A stretch of 64,000 bases of DNA from positions 1-64,000 of the IMG/VR virus record IMGVR_UViG_3300009104_001210; one strand, given 5' to 3'. The notes beneath the pieces are model-generated. The model was not told the origin of the DNA and searched no databases. It saw only the letters and a list, made by a program, of their open reading frames with translations. The position numbers and the translations under genes were made by a program. Shown one piece after another: positions 49,739-58,737 of the stretch (its first letter is position 1; each line of letters opens with the position of its first letter).

Positions 49739-51207
49739 GAATATTTGGTTTTAATGCATTGAATCATGATGCAGCTTTAAGTGTTATAGAAGATGGTGAA
49801 ATACTTTTCGCAGGTCATTCAGAAAGATATAGTGGTAAAAAGTTTGATGCTGAATTAAATGAAGAAATGGTACACGAAGCGCTTTCATATGGAATGCCTG
49901 ATAAGGTAGCATGGTTTGAAAAACCATATCTTAAAAAGACAAGACAACTTTGGGCAGGTCAATACGGAGAAGTATTTAATACATCTAATATTCCATCTCA
50001 ATATCTAAAACAATTCGGTATATATAATAAAGTTCAGTATGTTCCACATCATTTATCTCATGCTTCAGCAGGATATTACACTTCACCTTATGATGAAGCG
50101 GCAATTGTAGTTATAGATGCTATTGGTGAATGGGATGTAATGTCTATATGGTATGGGTGTGGAAATAAATTAGAAAAACGTTGGTCAAAGAAGTATCCAC
50201 ATTCACTTGGGTTATTTTATTCAGCTATGACACAAAGACTTGGATTGAAACCACAAGAAGATGAATATATTCTAATGGGAATGGATGCTTGGGGTCAGAG
50301 AGATAAAAAAATAAAAAATAGAATATATGATGATTTAATTAGAACTCGTATGAATCTTCATCGAGGATGTTCGGCTTGGGATTTAGATTTTTATCCTGAC
50401 GATGATAGTGATAAGTGGAAATTTGATGTAGCAGCAAATGTACAATGGATATGTGAAGAAGAAATCCAAAAAATATTTAAATTAACACAACGGTTAGTAC
50501 CCGAAACTAAAAATTGTGTTTATATGGGTGGAGTAGCATTGAATTGTGTAGCTAATTCAATTATAGCAAAAGATTATTATCCTAATTTATGGATATTTCC
50601 AAATCCAGGAGATGCAGGTTCATCACTTGGTTGTGCGGCATATGTATATGGTGAACATATTAATTGGAAAACACCATTTACAGGATATAATATAAAAGGT
50701 GAGTACCCTGTTACTCAAGTGAGTAAAGAACTACTCAAGGGAAATATAGTTGGTGTGGCAAATGGTAAAGCAGAATTTGGACCAAGAGCATTAGGGAATA
50801 GAAGTTTACTTGCTGACCCAAGAGGTGATGATATAAAAGATAAAGTAAACAAAATTAAACATAGACAAGAATTTAGACCTTTTGCACCATCTGTATTAGA
50901 GGAATATGCACATGAAATCTTTGATATGCCTGTTCGGAAATCTCAGTTTATGCAGTTTGTAGCAGATTGTAAGTATCCTGAAAAATATCCTGCTATTTGT
51001 CATGTGGATGGAACTTCAAGAGTTCAGACGGTAAGTAAAGATGATAATCCTGCTTATTATGAGTTAATAAAACAATTTTTTGAAGAAACAAGGTGTCCTA
51101 TGGTATTAAACACAAGTTTAAACATAAAAGGACAGCCAATTGTTAATGATGAGACAGATGCTTTAGATTTTCAAAAGCGTTATGGAGTAAAGGTTTTTAC
51201 TAAATAA
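49735..51207 (+). CDS. O-carbamoyltransferase (NodU/CmcH/TobZ family)
   Basis: NHDAA, HHLSHAS, GGVALNCVAN, GDAG, EFGPRALGNRS, FRPFAP, HVDGTSRVQTV, LNTSLN. Confidence 0.93.
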   Translation: MRIFGFNALNHDAALSVIEDGEILFAGHSERYSGKKFDAELNEEMVHEALSYGMPDKVAWFEKPYLKKTRQLWAGQYGEVFNTSNIPSQYLKQFGIYNKVQYVPHHLSHASAGYYTSPYDEAAIVVIDAIGEWDVMSIWYGCGNKLEKRWSKKYPHSLGLFYSAMTQRLGLKPQEDEYILMGMDAWGQRDKKIKNRIYDDLIRTRMNLHRGCSAWDLDFYPDDDSDKWKFDVAANVQWICEEEIQKIFKLTQRLVPETKNCVYMGGVALNCVANSIIAKDYYPNLWIFPNPGDAGSSLGCAAYVYGEHINWKTPFTGYNIKGEYPVTQVSKELLKGNIVGVANGKAEFGPRALGNRSLLADPRGDDIKDKVNKIKHRQEFRPFAPSVLEEYAHEIFDMPVRKSQFMQFVADCKYPEKYPAICHVDGTSRVQTVSKDDNPAYYELIKQFFEETRCPMVLNTSLNIKGQPIVNDETDALDFQKRYGVKVFTK

Positions 51208-51209
51208 GA

Positions 51210-51217
51210 TATTTATT
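51210..51217 (+). promoter_or_regulatory. TATTTATT variant of the intergenic motif
   Basis: GATATTTATT in the 32-nt gap before ATG 51240. Confidence 0.45.
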
Positions 51218-51239
51218 AGTAATATAATGGGGCTTTTTT

Positions 51240-51989
51240 ATGATCAAATTAATGGATTTATTAACCGAAGGTATAAACGATCCAGGAATATTCAAGGCAG
51301 TTTTTCTTGCAGGTGGACCTGGTAGTGGTAAATCATATGTCGCTAGTCAATTGTTTGGTATTCCAAATAACGTGAATATTTCTGCCTATGGTCTTAAAAT
51401 GGTTAATCAAGATACAGAGTTGGAAACGTTTTTGAAAAAGTATTTTGGAAGTGTTGATATAGATATGATGCCTGATGAGTTATTTAAACAATTAACTGAT
51501 CCAAAATCTGATGATTATAGTGGAATGAGAACACATACTAAGACATTAAGTAAACAAAGATTGAAACTTTATACTAATGGTAGATTAGGAGTTGTTATTG
51601 ATGGAACAGGTCACAAATATGGTGATGTAAAGGCAGAACGACAAAAATTGATTAATATGGGTTATGATACTTTTATGGTTTTTGTGAATACAAGTTTAGA
51701 TGTAGCTCAAAAAAGAAATATGGAAAGAGCGAGAAAACTTCCATCAGAGATTGTAGAAAAGTATTGGCAAGATGTACAAAAAAATATGGCATATTTTCAA
51801 GGTTTATTTGGAAATGCTAATTTTTTATTAGTTGATAATAATGCTACATTAAATTCAAAACAAGCGTTAAGAAAATTTAATATGTTAGTGGGGAAAGGTA
51901 TTGCTAAATTTATTAAGAAACCTATTAAGAATGCTATTGCAAAAAAATGGGTTAAAAAACAACAAATCCTTAAAAAACAAGGAAAATAA
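51240..51989 (+). CDS. P-loop kinase (AAA_33/zeta-toxin-like)
   Basis: KAVFLAGGPGSGKS, VVIDGTG, MVFVNTSL.VAQKRN..RAR. N-terminal MIKLMDLLTE. Confidence 0.8.
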   Translation: MIKLMDLLTEGINDPGIFKAVFLAGGPGSGKSYVASQLFGIPNNVNISAYGLKMVNQDTELETFLKKYFGSVDIDMMPDELFKQLTDPKSDDYSGMRTHTKTLSKQRLKLYTNGRLGVVIDGTGHKYGDVKAERQKLINMGYDTFMVFVNTSLDVAQKRNMERARKLPSEIVEKYWQDVQKNMAYFQGLFGNANFLLVDNNATLNSKQALRKFNMLVGKGIAKFIKKPIKNAIAKKWVKKQQILKKQGK

Positions 51990-51990
51990 T

Positions 51991-52473
51991 ATGTTAACAA
52001 CATTCGATGAGATTATTGAGTTAACTCTAGAACACGAGGGTGGATATGTCCATGATCCGAAAGATTTGGGTGGTGAGACTAATTTTGGTATTGCTAAAAG
52101 GTTTTATCCTGACGTAGATATCAAAAATCTTACCGTAGAGGGTGCTAAAGAAATCTATAAAAAAGATTATTGGGATAAAAATAAAGTAGATGCTTTACCC
52201 GATAATTTAAAACATATCTTTTTTGATATGTGTGTAAATCAAGGTAGAGGAGCCGCTGTAAAGATTTTACAACGAGCAATTAATGGTAAAGGTGGAAAAA
52301 TATCAGTTGATGGTGGATTTGGGCCAGGTACTAAAGCCGCATTAGCAAAACATACACCTGAATTAGAAAGAGTTCGTTGTTACAGATTAAAACACTATTA
52401 TGATATAGTGAATAAGAAACCTGAACAAGAAAGATTTTTGTTTGGATGGTATCGTAGGGCATTGTCAGTATAA
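51991..52473 (+). CDS. GH108 lysozyme with peptidoglycan-binding region (endolysin-like)
   Basis: EGGYVHDPKDLGGETNFGI, FDMCVNQG, LQRA, VDGGFGPGT, FLFGW.RR. ATG 51991. Confidence 0.92.
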   Translation: MLTTFDEIIELTLEHEGGYVHDPKDLGGETNFGIAKRFYPDVDIKNLTVEGAKEIYKKDYWDKNKVDALPDNLKHIFFDMCVNQGRGAAVKILQRAINGKGGKISVDGGFGPGTKAALAKHTPELERVRCYRLKHYYDIVNKKPEQERFLFGWYRRALSV

Positions 52474-52802
52474 TGCCAAAAGGAGATTGCTATAAGGCGA
52501 ATGGTAGAATTGTGATGAAAAAGATGTCCGCTTCTGATGCAAAGAATTGGATACTTTGTCATGGTGTAGGAATTTTACAAACAGATGGTAAACCATTTGG
52601 ACACGCTTGGGTAGAGAATGGTAGTAGGTGTATTGATAAAAGTAATGATCAAGATATTAATTTACCTAAGAAATTATATTATCAGTTAGGTAATTTTCCA
52701 GTTAAAGGATATAAGATTTATAAATATACACCAGAACAAACAGGATTGGCTATGGTAAGAAATAAACATTGGGGTCCTTGGGATTTAAAACCACCGAGAT
52801 AA
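52473..52802 (+). CDS. Hypothetical protein with transglutaminase/papain-like Cys-His motifs
   Basis: GDCY near the N-terminus and GHAWVE...ID. Confidence 0.5.
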   Translation: MPKGDCYKANGRIVMKKMSASDAKNWILCHGVGILQTDGKPFGHAWVENGSRCIDKSNDQDINLPKKLYYQLGNFPVKGYKIYKYTPEQTGLAMVRNKHWGPWDLKPPR

Positions 52803-52805
52803 ATT

Positions 52806-52970
52806 ATGAGAAAATTTCATATAGATGAACCGAGAGAAATCGGAAAAAAGAGATTAAGAGTAACACCAAAAGAGTTAAATATGGTTAAAAATGATTTAAC
52901 TGAATTGGCAGTTAAGAAAAAATTAAAAGAGTTAGTTAAAAAGGAAATAGCAGAACGACAAATAAGGTAA
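52806..52970 (+). CDS. Hypothetical protein (54 aa); not in the ORF track
   Basis: MRKFHIDEPREIGKKRLRVTPKELNMVKNDLTELAVKKKLKELVKKEIAERQIR* fills the 52803-52976 gap. Confidence 0.6.
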   Translation: MRKFHIDEPREIGKKRLRVTPKELNMVKNDLTELAVKKKLKELVKKEIAERQIR

Positions 52971-52976
52971 TTATGA

Positions 52977-55900
52977 ATGAATAAGTTAACTCAATGGCTA
53001 ATTGATCCTTATGTGAAAGAGGAATTTGGTGCACCTGCAGGTGTACTACCTTCACCTAGTAAAAAATACGTAAAGAAAGCTAAGAAAAAAGTAGATCAAT
53101 TAAATAAACAGATAAAGTATACAGATACTTTTAGTACACAACATCTTGATGAGGCACAAGATTGGGATAAGATTATTGCTATATATCCAGGTAGATTTCA
53201 ACCATTTGGACCACATCATTTAAAAGTATATAAATCACTTCAAAAACAATTTGATGATGTTTATATTGTAACTTCTAATATTCAGAAACCACCTCGACAC
53301 CCTTTAAATTTTAAAGAGAAAAAAGCACATATGGTTAAAATGGGAATTCCTTCAAAAAATATATTGATGGATAATCCATATAAACCTGCTAGTTTATATA
53401 GAAAATTTAACCCAAAGAAAACTGTAGCCGTATTTGTAGTTGGAAAGAAGGATAAGGGTAGATTATCAGGTGGTAAATATTTTCAAGATTATAAAAAGAA
53501 TAAAAAAGATTTAAAAGGATTTAGTACACACGGATATGTTCTACAAGCACCACATATATCAGTAAATGTTGCTGGTAAAGAAATTAGTGGAACTACTATG
53601 AGAACTATTTTGGGAAATCCTGAAATAAAACCAAAACAACGACAATTATTGTTTAAAAAACTTTTTGGATATTGGAATGCTTCTGTTTATAAAATGATGA
53701 CAGATAGGTTTGGTAAATTATATGAATATGTTGATAATAATTTAGATAAAGTACGGAATGAATTTCATATGTTGGTTGAGAGTAGTATTATGGCAGGTGC
53801 TCCCGTTGATGATGGACCACCTATATTTTATAATAGTTTTTCAGATTATAAAATAAATACTGAGAAGTGGATAAGAAAAACATTTGAAGATATTGGTTGG
53901 CAAATAATAGATTATATGATTAGTAAAAATGCGGAAGATCCTGGATGGGATTTAACATTAAAAACTAGCATTGTTCCTGCAGTATCATATGGTAAAACAG
54001 GTGGAAGTGAAAAAGAAGCTATTTCTAAATATAAACAACACGTTCAAGATAGAATTTTACAAAATTTGGGTTGGCAAATAGTACAATGGATGGGAATTAA
54101 AAATGATAATACTACTACGGGTGTTGATATAGGAATATCAAAAGTTTTACCTGGTACACATAATGCAGATAAGAATACAGATTTAAAAGAAAGTGTTAAT
54201 TTAGATAAAGAAGTAGAATTTCTTCTTGAAGTAGATGGAATGTTGTTAGAAGAAGGAGTTAAGTTTAATAACTTTTTAAAAGATTGGGCTAAAAAAGGAA
54301 AACAACCATTAGATAAAGTTAGACAAACAATGATGAATAAAAATGCTTTTTCTGTTGCTAAATTAAATGATTTTAGTGTAGATAAAGTATTAGATGGTGC
54401 AAAAAAAGGTTTTAAGCAGTATCAAAAAATTATAAATTATGTTCCTGATAAAATAGCCGATAAATTACACCAAACTAAATTTGGGAAATCTAAAGAAAAA
54501 CATTTGGCAAAACTTGATGATTATTTGAAAAATCATCCAAAACTAAAAAAAGTAATGGGTGTAGCAGCTGCAGCAGGTATAACTTATGCTTGGACTAAGA
54601 TGACATTCATCGGAGATCCTGAGTATGATTTAGATTTATCATCAGCTGCATCAGCAGCCGCTATGGGTGAATATAGTATGCAAGATTTGTTTTCGGGAAA
54701 AATGGGAACTAAATTTTTAGTATTAACCGCAGTAGGTGCTACTACAGGTTTGACAGCACCTTATACAAAGATTTTAGGTAGTGCTGGAACTATGGCAGCA
54801 GGTGTTAGTTTTGGTGCATATAGAGCATATAAAGCACGTAAACAAAAGAAAGCAGGTGCTGAAAAGAAAGCAAAAACATCAGCACCCGATACAGTAAAGA
54901 ATCCTAATCCAAAAGGAAGGAAGAAAACAGTTAATCGCCAAAGTGCAGTTAGGTGGGTAGCAAAGAATAAAGGAAATAAAGCAGCAAAAAAATATGCAAG
55001 TGGGTTATCCGAAATTAATTTAGATGATGAAGTTAATTTATTAATTGAAGGTGGAGCAGCAGGTCATATGAGTCATCCATTTGATGACAATCATTTAACT
55101 TTTGGTGATTTTAAAAATATTATAGATTTGAGTTTGAGTGGACAGTTGAATAGAGAAGATAACGTTACAGAGAAACTTGATGGACAAAACTTAATGGTGA
55201 GTTGGATAGGTGGTAAGTTAAGAGCAGCTAGAAATAAAGGAAATTTACAGAATTTTGGTGCTAGTTCTCTTGATATAAATGGTATGGCTTCTAAATTTGC
55301 AGGTAGGGGTAATATAAAAGATGCTTTTGTATTTGCTATGAAAGATTTAGAAAAGGCAATAGGTTCATTGAGTGATAAACAGAAAGAAAAAGTATTTGGT
55401 AATGGTAATAAATGGATGAATTTAGAAGTGATTTATCCTAAAGCACCAAGAATTATAGATTATGATGTTTCTGAACTATTTTTTCATGGAAGTATTGAGA
55501 TAGATGAAAGTGGTAGAACTATATCTCAAGTAAAAGGTAGTGCAAGAATGTTAGAAGGTATGATTAGACAGGTAAACCAGCACGTACAAAGAAAATTTAA
55601 AATATCAAAACCAATTGCATTAAGTTTACCAAAAGTGCAAAATTATTCAAAAAGAAAAAAATATTTTTTATCTAAGTTGAGAAAGTTACAGACTATTTAT
55701 AAACTAAAGGATAATGATACTTTAGGTATGTATCATGAGATGTATTGGAGAGAGTATATCTTTAATGGTGCAAAACAACATAAATATAAGATATCAAGAC
55801 CAGTTTTAGAGTCATTAGTAAGAAGGTGGGCTTATTTAGATAAGTCATTCAGATTGGATAATAAAAATATAGAAAATGATAAGTTTTTAAGTTGGGCAAA

Positions 55901-56270
55901 AGGAGTTGACAAGTTTAATTTGAAAAAGTTACAAGAAGACCATATAAAACCATTTGAATTGTTGTTTTTAGAGTTAGGTGCTGAGATTTTAAAGAATTTG
56001 GAAGGATTTTTGGCAGTAAATCCGAAAAGCGCCGCTAAAAAATTGAAAAATGAGTTAGGAAAAGCAGTTTCTGTATTAAAATCATCAAAAGATATAAAAA
56101 AATTAAATGTATTAAAGAAAAATTTAGAAAAAATCAATTCTTTAGGTGGATCGTCTGCAATAGTTCCATCAGAGGGTTTAGTTTTTAAATATAAAGGTAA
56201 AATGTATAAATTTACGGGCTTATTTGCACCTGTAAATCAAATATTGGGCGCAATGAAGTTTGTGAGGTAA
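52977..56270 (+). CDS. Multidomain protein: cytidylyltransferase-like N-domain, two unknown domains, C-terminal ATP-dependent ligase-like domain
   Basis: IYPGRFQPFGPHH...ISGTTMR (HxGH-type). C-terminal VTEKLDGQN (KxDG), NLEVI, SEGLVF, YKFTG (covalent nucleotidyltransferase motifs I, III, IV, V). Confidence 0.75.
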   Translation: MNKLTQWLIDPYVKEEFGAPAGVLPSPSKKYVKKAKKKVDQLNKQIKYTDTFSTQHLDEAQDWDKIIAIYPGRFQPFGPHHLKVYKSLQKQFDDVYIVTSNIQKPPRHPLNFKEKKAHMVKMGIPSKNILMDNPYKPASLYRKFNPKKTVAVFVVGKKDKGRLSGGKYFQDYKKNKKDLKGFSTHGYVLQAPHISVNVAGKEISGTTMRTILGNPEIKPKQRQLLFKKLFGYWNASVYKMMTDRFGKLYEYVDNNLDKVRNEFHMLVESSIMAGAPVDDGPPIFYNSFSDYKINTEKWIRKTFEDIGWQIIDYMISKNAEDPGWDLTLKTSIVPAVSYGKTGGSEKEAISKYKQHVQDRILQNLGWQIVQWMGIKNDNTTTGVDIGISKVLPGTHNADKNTDLKESVNLDKEVEFLLEVDGMLLEEGVKFNNFLKDWAKKGKQPLDKVRQTMMNKNAFSVAKLNDFSVDKVLDGAKKGFKQYQKIINYVPDKIADKLHQTKFGKSKEKHLAKLDDYLKNHPKLKKVMGVAAAAGITYAWTKMTFIGDPEYDLDLSSAASAAAMGEYSMQDLFSGKMGTKFLVLTAVGATTGLTAPYTKILGSAGTMAAGVSFGAYRAYKARKQKKAGAEKKAKTSAPDTVKNPNPKGRKKTVNRQSAVRWVAKNKGNKAAKKYASGLSEINLDDEVNLLIEGGAAGHMSHPFDDNHLTFGDFKNIIDLSLSGQLNREDNVTEKLDGQNLMVSWIGGKLRAARNKGNLQNFGASSLDINGMASKFAGRGNIKDAFVFAMKDLEKAIGSLSDKQKEKVFGNGNKWMNLEVIYPKAPRIIDYDVSELFFHGSIEIDESGRTISQVKGSARMLEGMIRQVNQHVQRKFKISKPIALSLPKVQNYSKRKKYFLSKLRKLQTIYKLKDNDTLGMYHEMYWREYIFNGAKQHKYKISRPVLESLVRRWAYLDKSFRLDNKNIENDKFLSWAKGVDKFNLKKLQEDHIKPFELLFLELGAEILKNLEGFLAVNPKSAAKKLKNELGKAVSVLKSSKDIKKLNVLKKNLEKINSLGGSSAIVPSEGLVFKYKGKMYKFTGLFAPVNQILGAMKFVR
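54198..55049 (+). repeat. Duplicated 33-nt linker flanking an internal domain
   Basis: NLDKEVEFLLE (54198-54230) and NLDDEVNLLIE (55017-55049). DNA aatttagataaagaagtagaatttcttcttgaa vs aatttagatgatgaagttaatttattaattgaa. Confidence 0.7.
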
Positions 56271-56271
56271 T

Positions 56272-56802
56272 ATGGCTAATAGAGAATCAGAAAGACAAGA
56301 TAAGGCTATGAAAGCTGTTTTACGAGGAGAAACTCCTGAAAAAAGAGTGATGGTTGGGTATGAACCCGAAAAAAAATCATCAAGTAACGGAAAAACGGTA
56401 GAAAGTCATCTAACAGAGATAATGAAAGATGTTAGAATGCCCTGGTTTTGTCCAGAGTGTGATAAGACAATGAAGATAAAACTTGATAATAAGTTTTGGA
56501 GATTATTTGGACATTGTTTTGATTGTCAAGTAAAAATTGAAACTCAACTTCGTATTGAGGGAAAATATGAAGAATGGGCAGAAAATAAGATTAAAGAAAA
56601 CCAAAAGTCATATTATAGGGATATGTTACAATCATTGGCAGAATGGAAGGAAAATGCTTCCAAAGTAGAATTTTTAGAAGAAGTTGGTGCACTTGAACTT
56701 GAAATGGAGAGTGAAAGATGGAAAACACCACAAGAAAACATAGATAAAATAGCTGATGAGGCTGAAGAGTTCATCAGAAAACAACTAAAAGAATTAGAAT
56801 AA
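56272..56802 (+). CDS. Hypothetical protein with CxxC...CxxC zinc ribbon
   Basis: FCPECDK and HCFDCQ. Confidence 0.75.
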   Translation: MANRESERQDKAMKAVLRGETPEKRVMVGYEPEKKSSSNGKTVESHLTEIMKDVRMPWFCPECDKTMKIKLDNKFWRLFGHCFDCQVKIETQLRIEGKYEEWAENKIKENQKSYYRDMLQSLAEWKENASKVEFLEEVGALELEMESERWKTPQENIDKIADEAEEFIRKQLKELE

Positions 56803-56803
56803 C

Positions 56804-56811
56804 TATTTATA
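56804..56811 (+). promoter_or_regulatory. TATTTATA motif upstream of the terminase/portal operon
   Basis: Exact motif followed by TATATGAC. Confidence 0.6.
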
Positions 56812-56849
56812 TATATGACAGAAAATAAACTCTTAAATAGGAGATTAAA

Positions 56850-57149
56850 ATGGCTATAAATGACCATCCAAGTGATTATACTCAATTTCAAAAATTTGGA
56901 CATCCTGGAAAATATCGTTCATTAAAGATAGTAAATAATGCAACGGGAAGTTTCACAGGTTCAGATTATGGAGCAGGTGGACTTATTGTAGGAGAAGCAT
57001 CAACAACTGGACACGCTGATTTATCAGGTGGTGGAAGAGTAAATCTTGCACACTTGACAGTTGGAACACAGTATGATTTTTCACTAAAAGAAGTGGCTTG
57101 TAACGCAAAAGCAGTATATGTACTTATACGTAATCCAAAGCTTGCATAA
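56850..57149 (+). CDS. Hypothetical protein (99 aa)
   Basis: AGGAG RBS. TAATG overlap with the terminase gene. Confidence 0.75.
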   Translation: MAINDHPSDYTQFQKFGHPGKYRSLKIVNNATGSFTGSDYGAGGLIVGEASTTGHADLSGGGRVNLAHLTVGTQYDFSLKEVACNAKAVYVLIRNPKLA

Positions 57150-58726
57150 TGGATAAAAACTATAAAGATATTATAAAGAAGGAATATATAAAATGTGCAC
57201 AAGATCCCGTGTATTTTTTAAAGAAGTATTCTTATATTCAACACCCAATACGAGGTAAGATACCATTTCATCTTTATGATTTTCAAGAGAAGTCAGTAGA
57301 AGAGTTTAAAGAAAATAGATTTCAAATAATTCTTAAAGCCCGACAACTTGGTATATCTACTATTACTGCTGGCTACTCTTTATGGATGATGACTTTCCAT
57401 TCAGACAAGAATATATTGGTTATTGCTACTAAACAAGATACTGCTAAAAATCTTGTAACAAAAATTAGAGTAATGCACGCAAATCTTCCAAGTTGGTTAA
57501 AACAACCATGTGTTGAAGATAATAAACTTTCATTACGATATAAGAATGGATCACAAGTAAAAGCAATTTCAAGTAGTGATGAAAGTGGTCGTTCAGAGGC
57601 ATTGTCATTATTGATACTTGATGAGGCAGCGTTTATTGAAAAGATTGATAGTATATGGGCAGCTGCATCACAGACGTTATCTACAGGTGGACAATGTATA
57701 GCATTATCTACACCAAACGGTGTTGGTAATTGGTTTCACAGAACTTGGGTTGATGCAGAAGACGGATTGAATGATTTTAATTTTAGTAGATTACATTGGA
57801 CATTACATCCTGAAAGAAATCAAGACTGGAGAGATGAACAAGATAAGTTATTAGGTCCTTCTCTTGCAGCTCAAGAATGTGATTGTGATTTTATCACTTC
57901 AGGGCAAAATGTTATTGATGGTTTAATTTTGGAAGAAATTAAAGAAAATATGATTGTAGATCCAATTGAAAAAAGAGGAGTAGATAGTAATGTTTGGGTA
58001 TGGGAGCCGCCAAATTATACAAAAAATTATTTAGTATGTGCAGACGTTAGTAGAGGAGACTCTACAGACTACTCTGCTTTTCACGTTATTGAATTGGAAG
58101 AAGTAAAACAGGTAGCAGAATATAAAGGTAGAATATCTACAAGAGATTTTGGTAATATGTTAGTTAATATTTCTAATGAATATAATGAAGCATTACTTGT
58201 TGTGGAAAACAATAATATTGGTTGGGCAGCAATTCAACAAGTAATAGATAGGGAATATCCTAATTTATTTTATTCAAGTAAAGATTTAAAGTGGGTAGAT
58301 GTTGAAAGACAGATTACTAATAAGCATTATAGAGAGGAAAAGAAAATGACTCCTGGTTTTACAATGTCTATGAAGACAAGACCATTAGTTATTGCTAAAT
58401 TAGAAGAATTTTTTAGAGAAAAAGCTGTAAGTATTTATTCTCAACGGTTATTAGATGAATTATTTGTATTTATATACAATGGAAGTAAAGCAGAAGCAAT
58501 GAGAGGATATAACGACGATTTGGTTATATCTTTTGGTATTGGTTTGTGGGTAAGAGAAACTGCTTTAAGATTAAAGGCACAGGGAATTGAATTACAGAGA
58601 AAAACTTTAGATAGCTTTCAATTAAATGAAGGCATATACACTCCAGAAGAAAATAGACCTGATTCTTGGGATTGGCACGTTGGCCCAGAGAAAGAAAAAG
58701 AGTCATTGGAGTGGTTAATTAACTAA
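57149..58726 (+). CDS. terL: Terminase large subunit (T4 gp17-like)
   Basis: LKARQLGIST (Walker A), LLILDEAAF (Walker B), STPNG, ADVSRGD..DYS, NDDLV nuclease acidic residues. Confidence 0.96.
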   Translation: MDKNYKDIIKKEYIKCAQDPVYFLKKYSYIQHPIRGKIPFHLYDFQEKSVEEFKENRFQIILKARQLGISTITAGYSLWMMTFHSDKNILVIATKQDTAKNLVTKIRVMHANLPSWLKQPCVEDNKLSLRYKNGSQVKAISSSDESGRSEALSLLILDEAAFIEKIDSIWAAASQTLSTGGQCIALSTPNGVGNWFHRTWVDAEDGLNDFNFSRLHWTLHPERNQDWRDEQDKLLGPSLAAQECDCDFITSGQNVIDGLILEEIKENMIVDPIEKRGVDSNVWVWEPPNYTKNYLVCADVSRGDSTDYSAFHVIELEEVKQVAEYKGRISTRDFGNMLVNISNEYNEALLVVENNNIGWAAIQQVIDREYPNLFYSSKDLKWVDVERQITNKHYREEKKMTPGFTMSMKTRPLVIAKLEEFFREKAVSIYSQRLLDELFVFIYNGSKAEAMRGYNDDLVISFGIGLWVRETALRLKAQGIELQRKTLDSFQLNEGIYTPEENRPDSWDWHVGPEKEKESLEWLIN

Positions 58727-58737
58727 GTGAGGTAAAA

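Noticed and set aside
5210-51207. Island as a host chromosomal O-antigen/capsule locus or a prophage boundary
   Set aside because: No flippase, polymerase, exporter, integrase or att-like repeat was seen. Strand, composition, gene coupling and the intergenic motif are continuous with the phage structural genes on both sides.
47002-51207. Saxitoxin-like pathway (amidinotransferase plus carbamoyltransferase)
   Set aside because: No SxtA-like PKS/AONS module or other sxt core genes. The context is dominated by sugar enzymes.
52977-53750. Cytidylyltransferase-like domain as part of a phage NAD reconstitution (NARP) pathway
   Set aside because: No Nampt/Namat or PRPP-synthetase-like partner in the window, and the HxGH motif is degenerate. 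It cannot be supported from this sequence.
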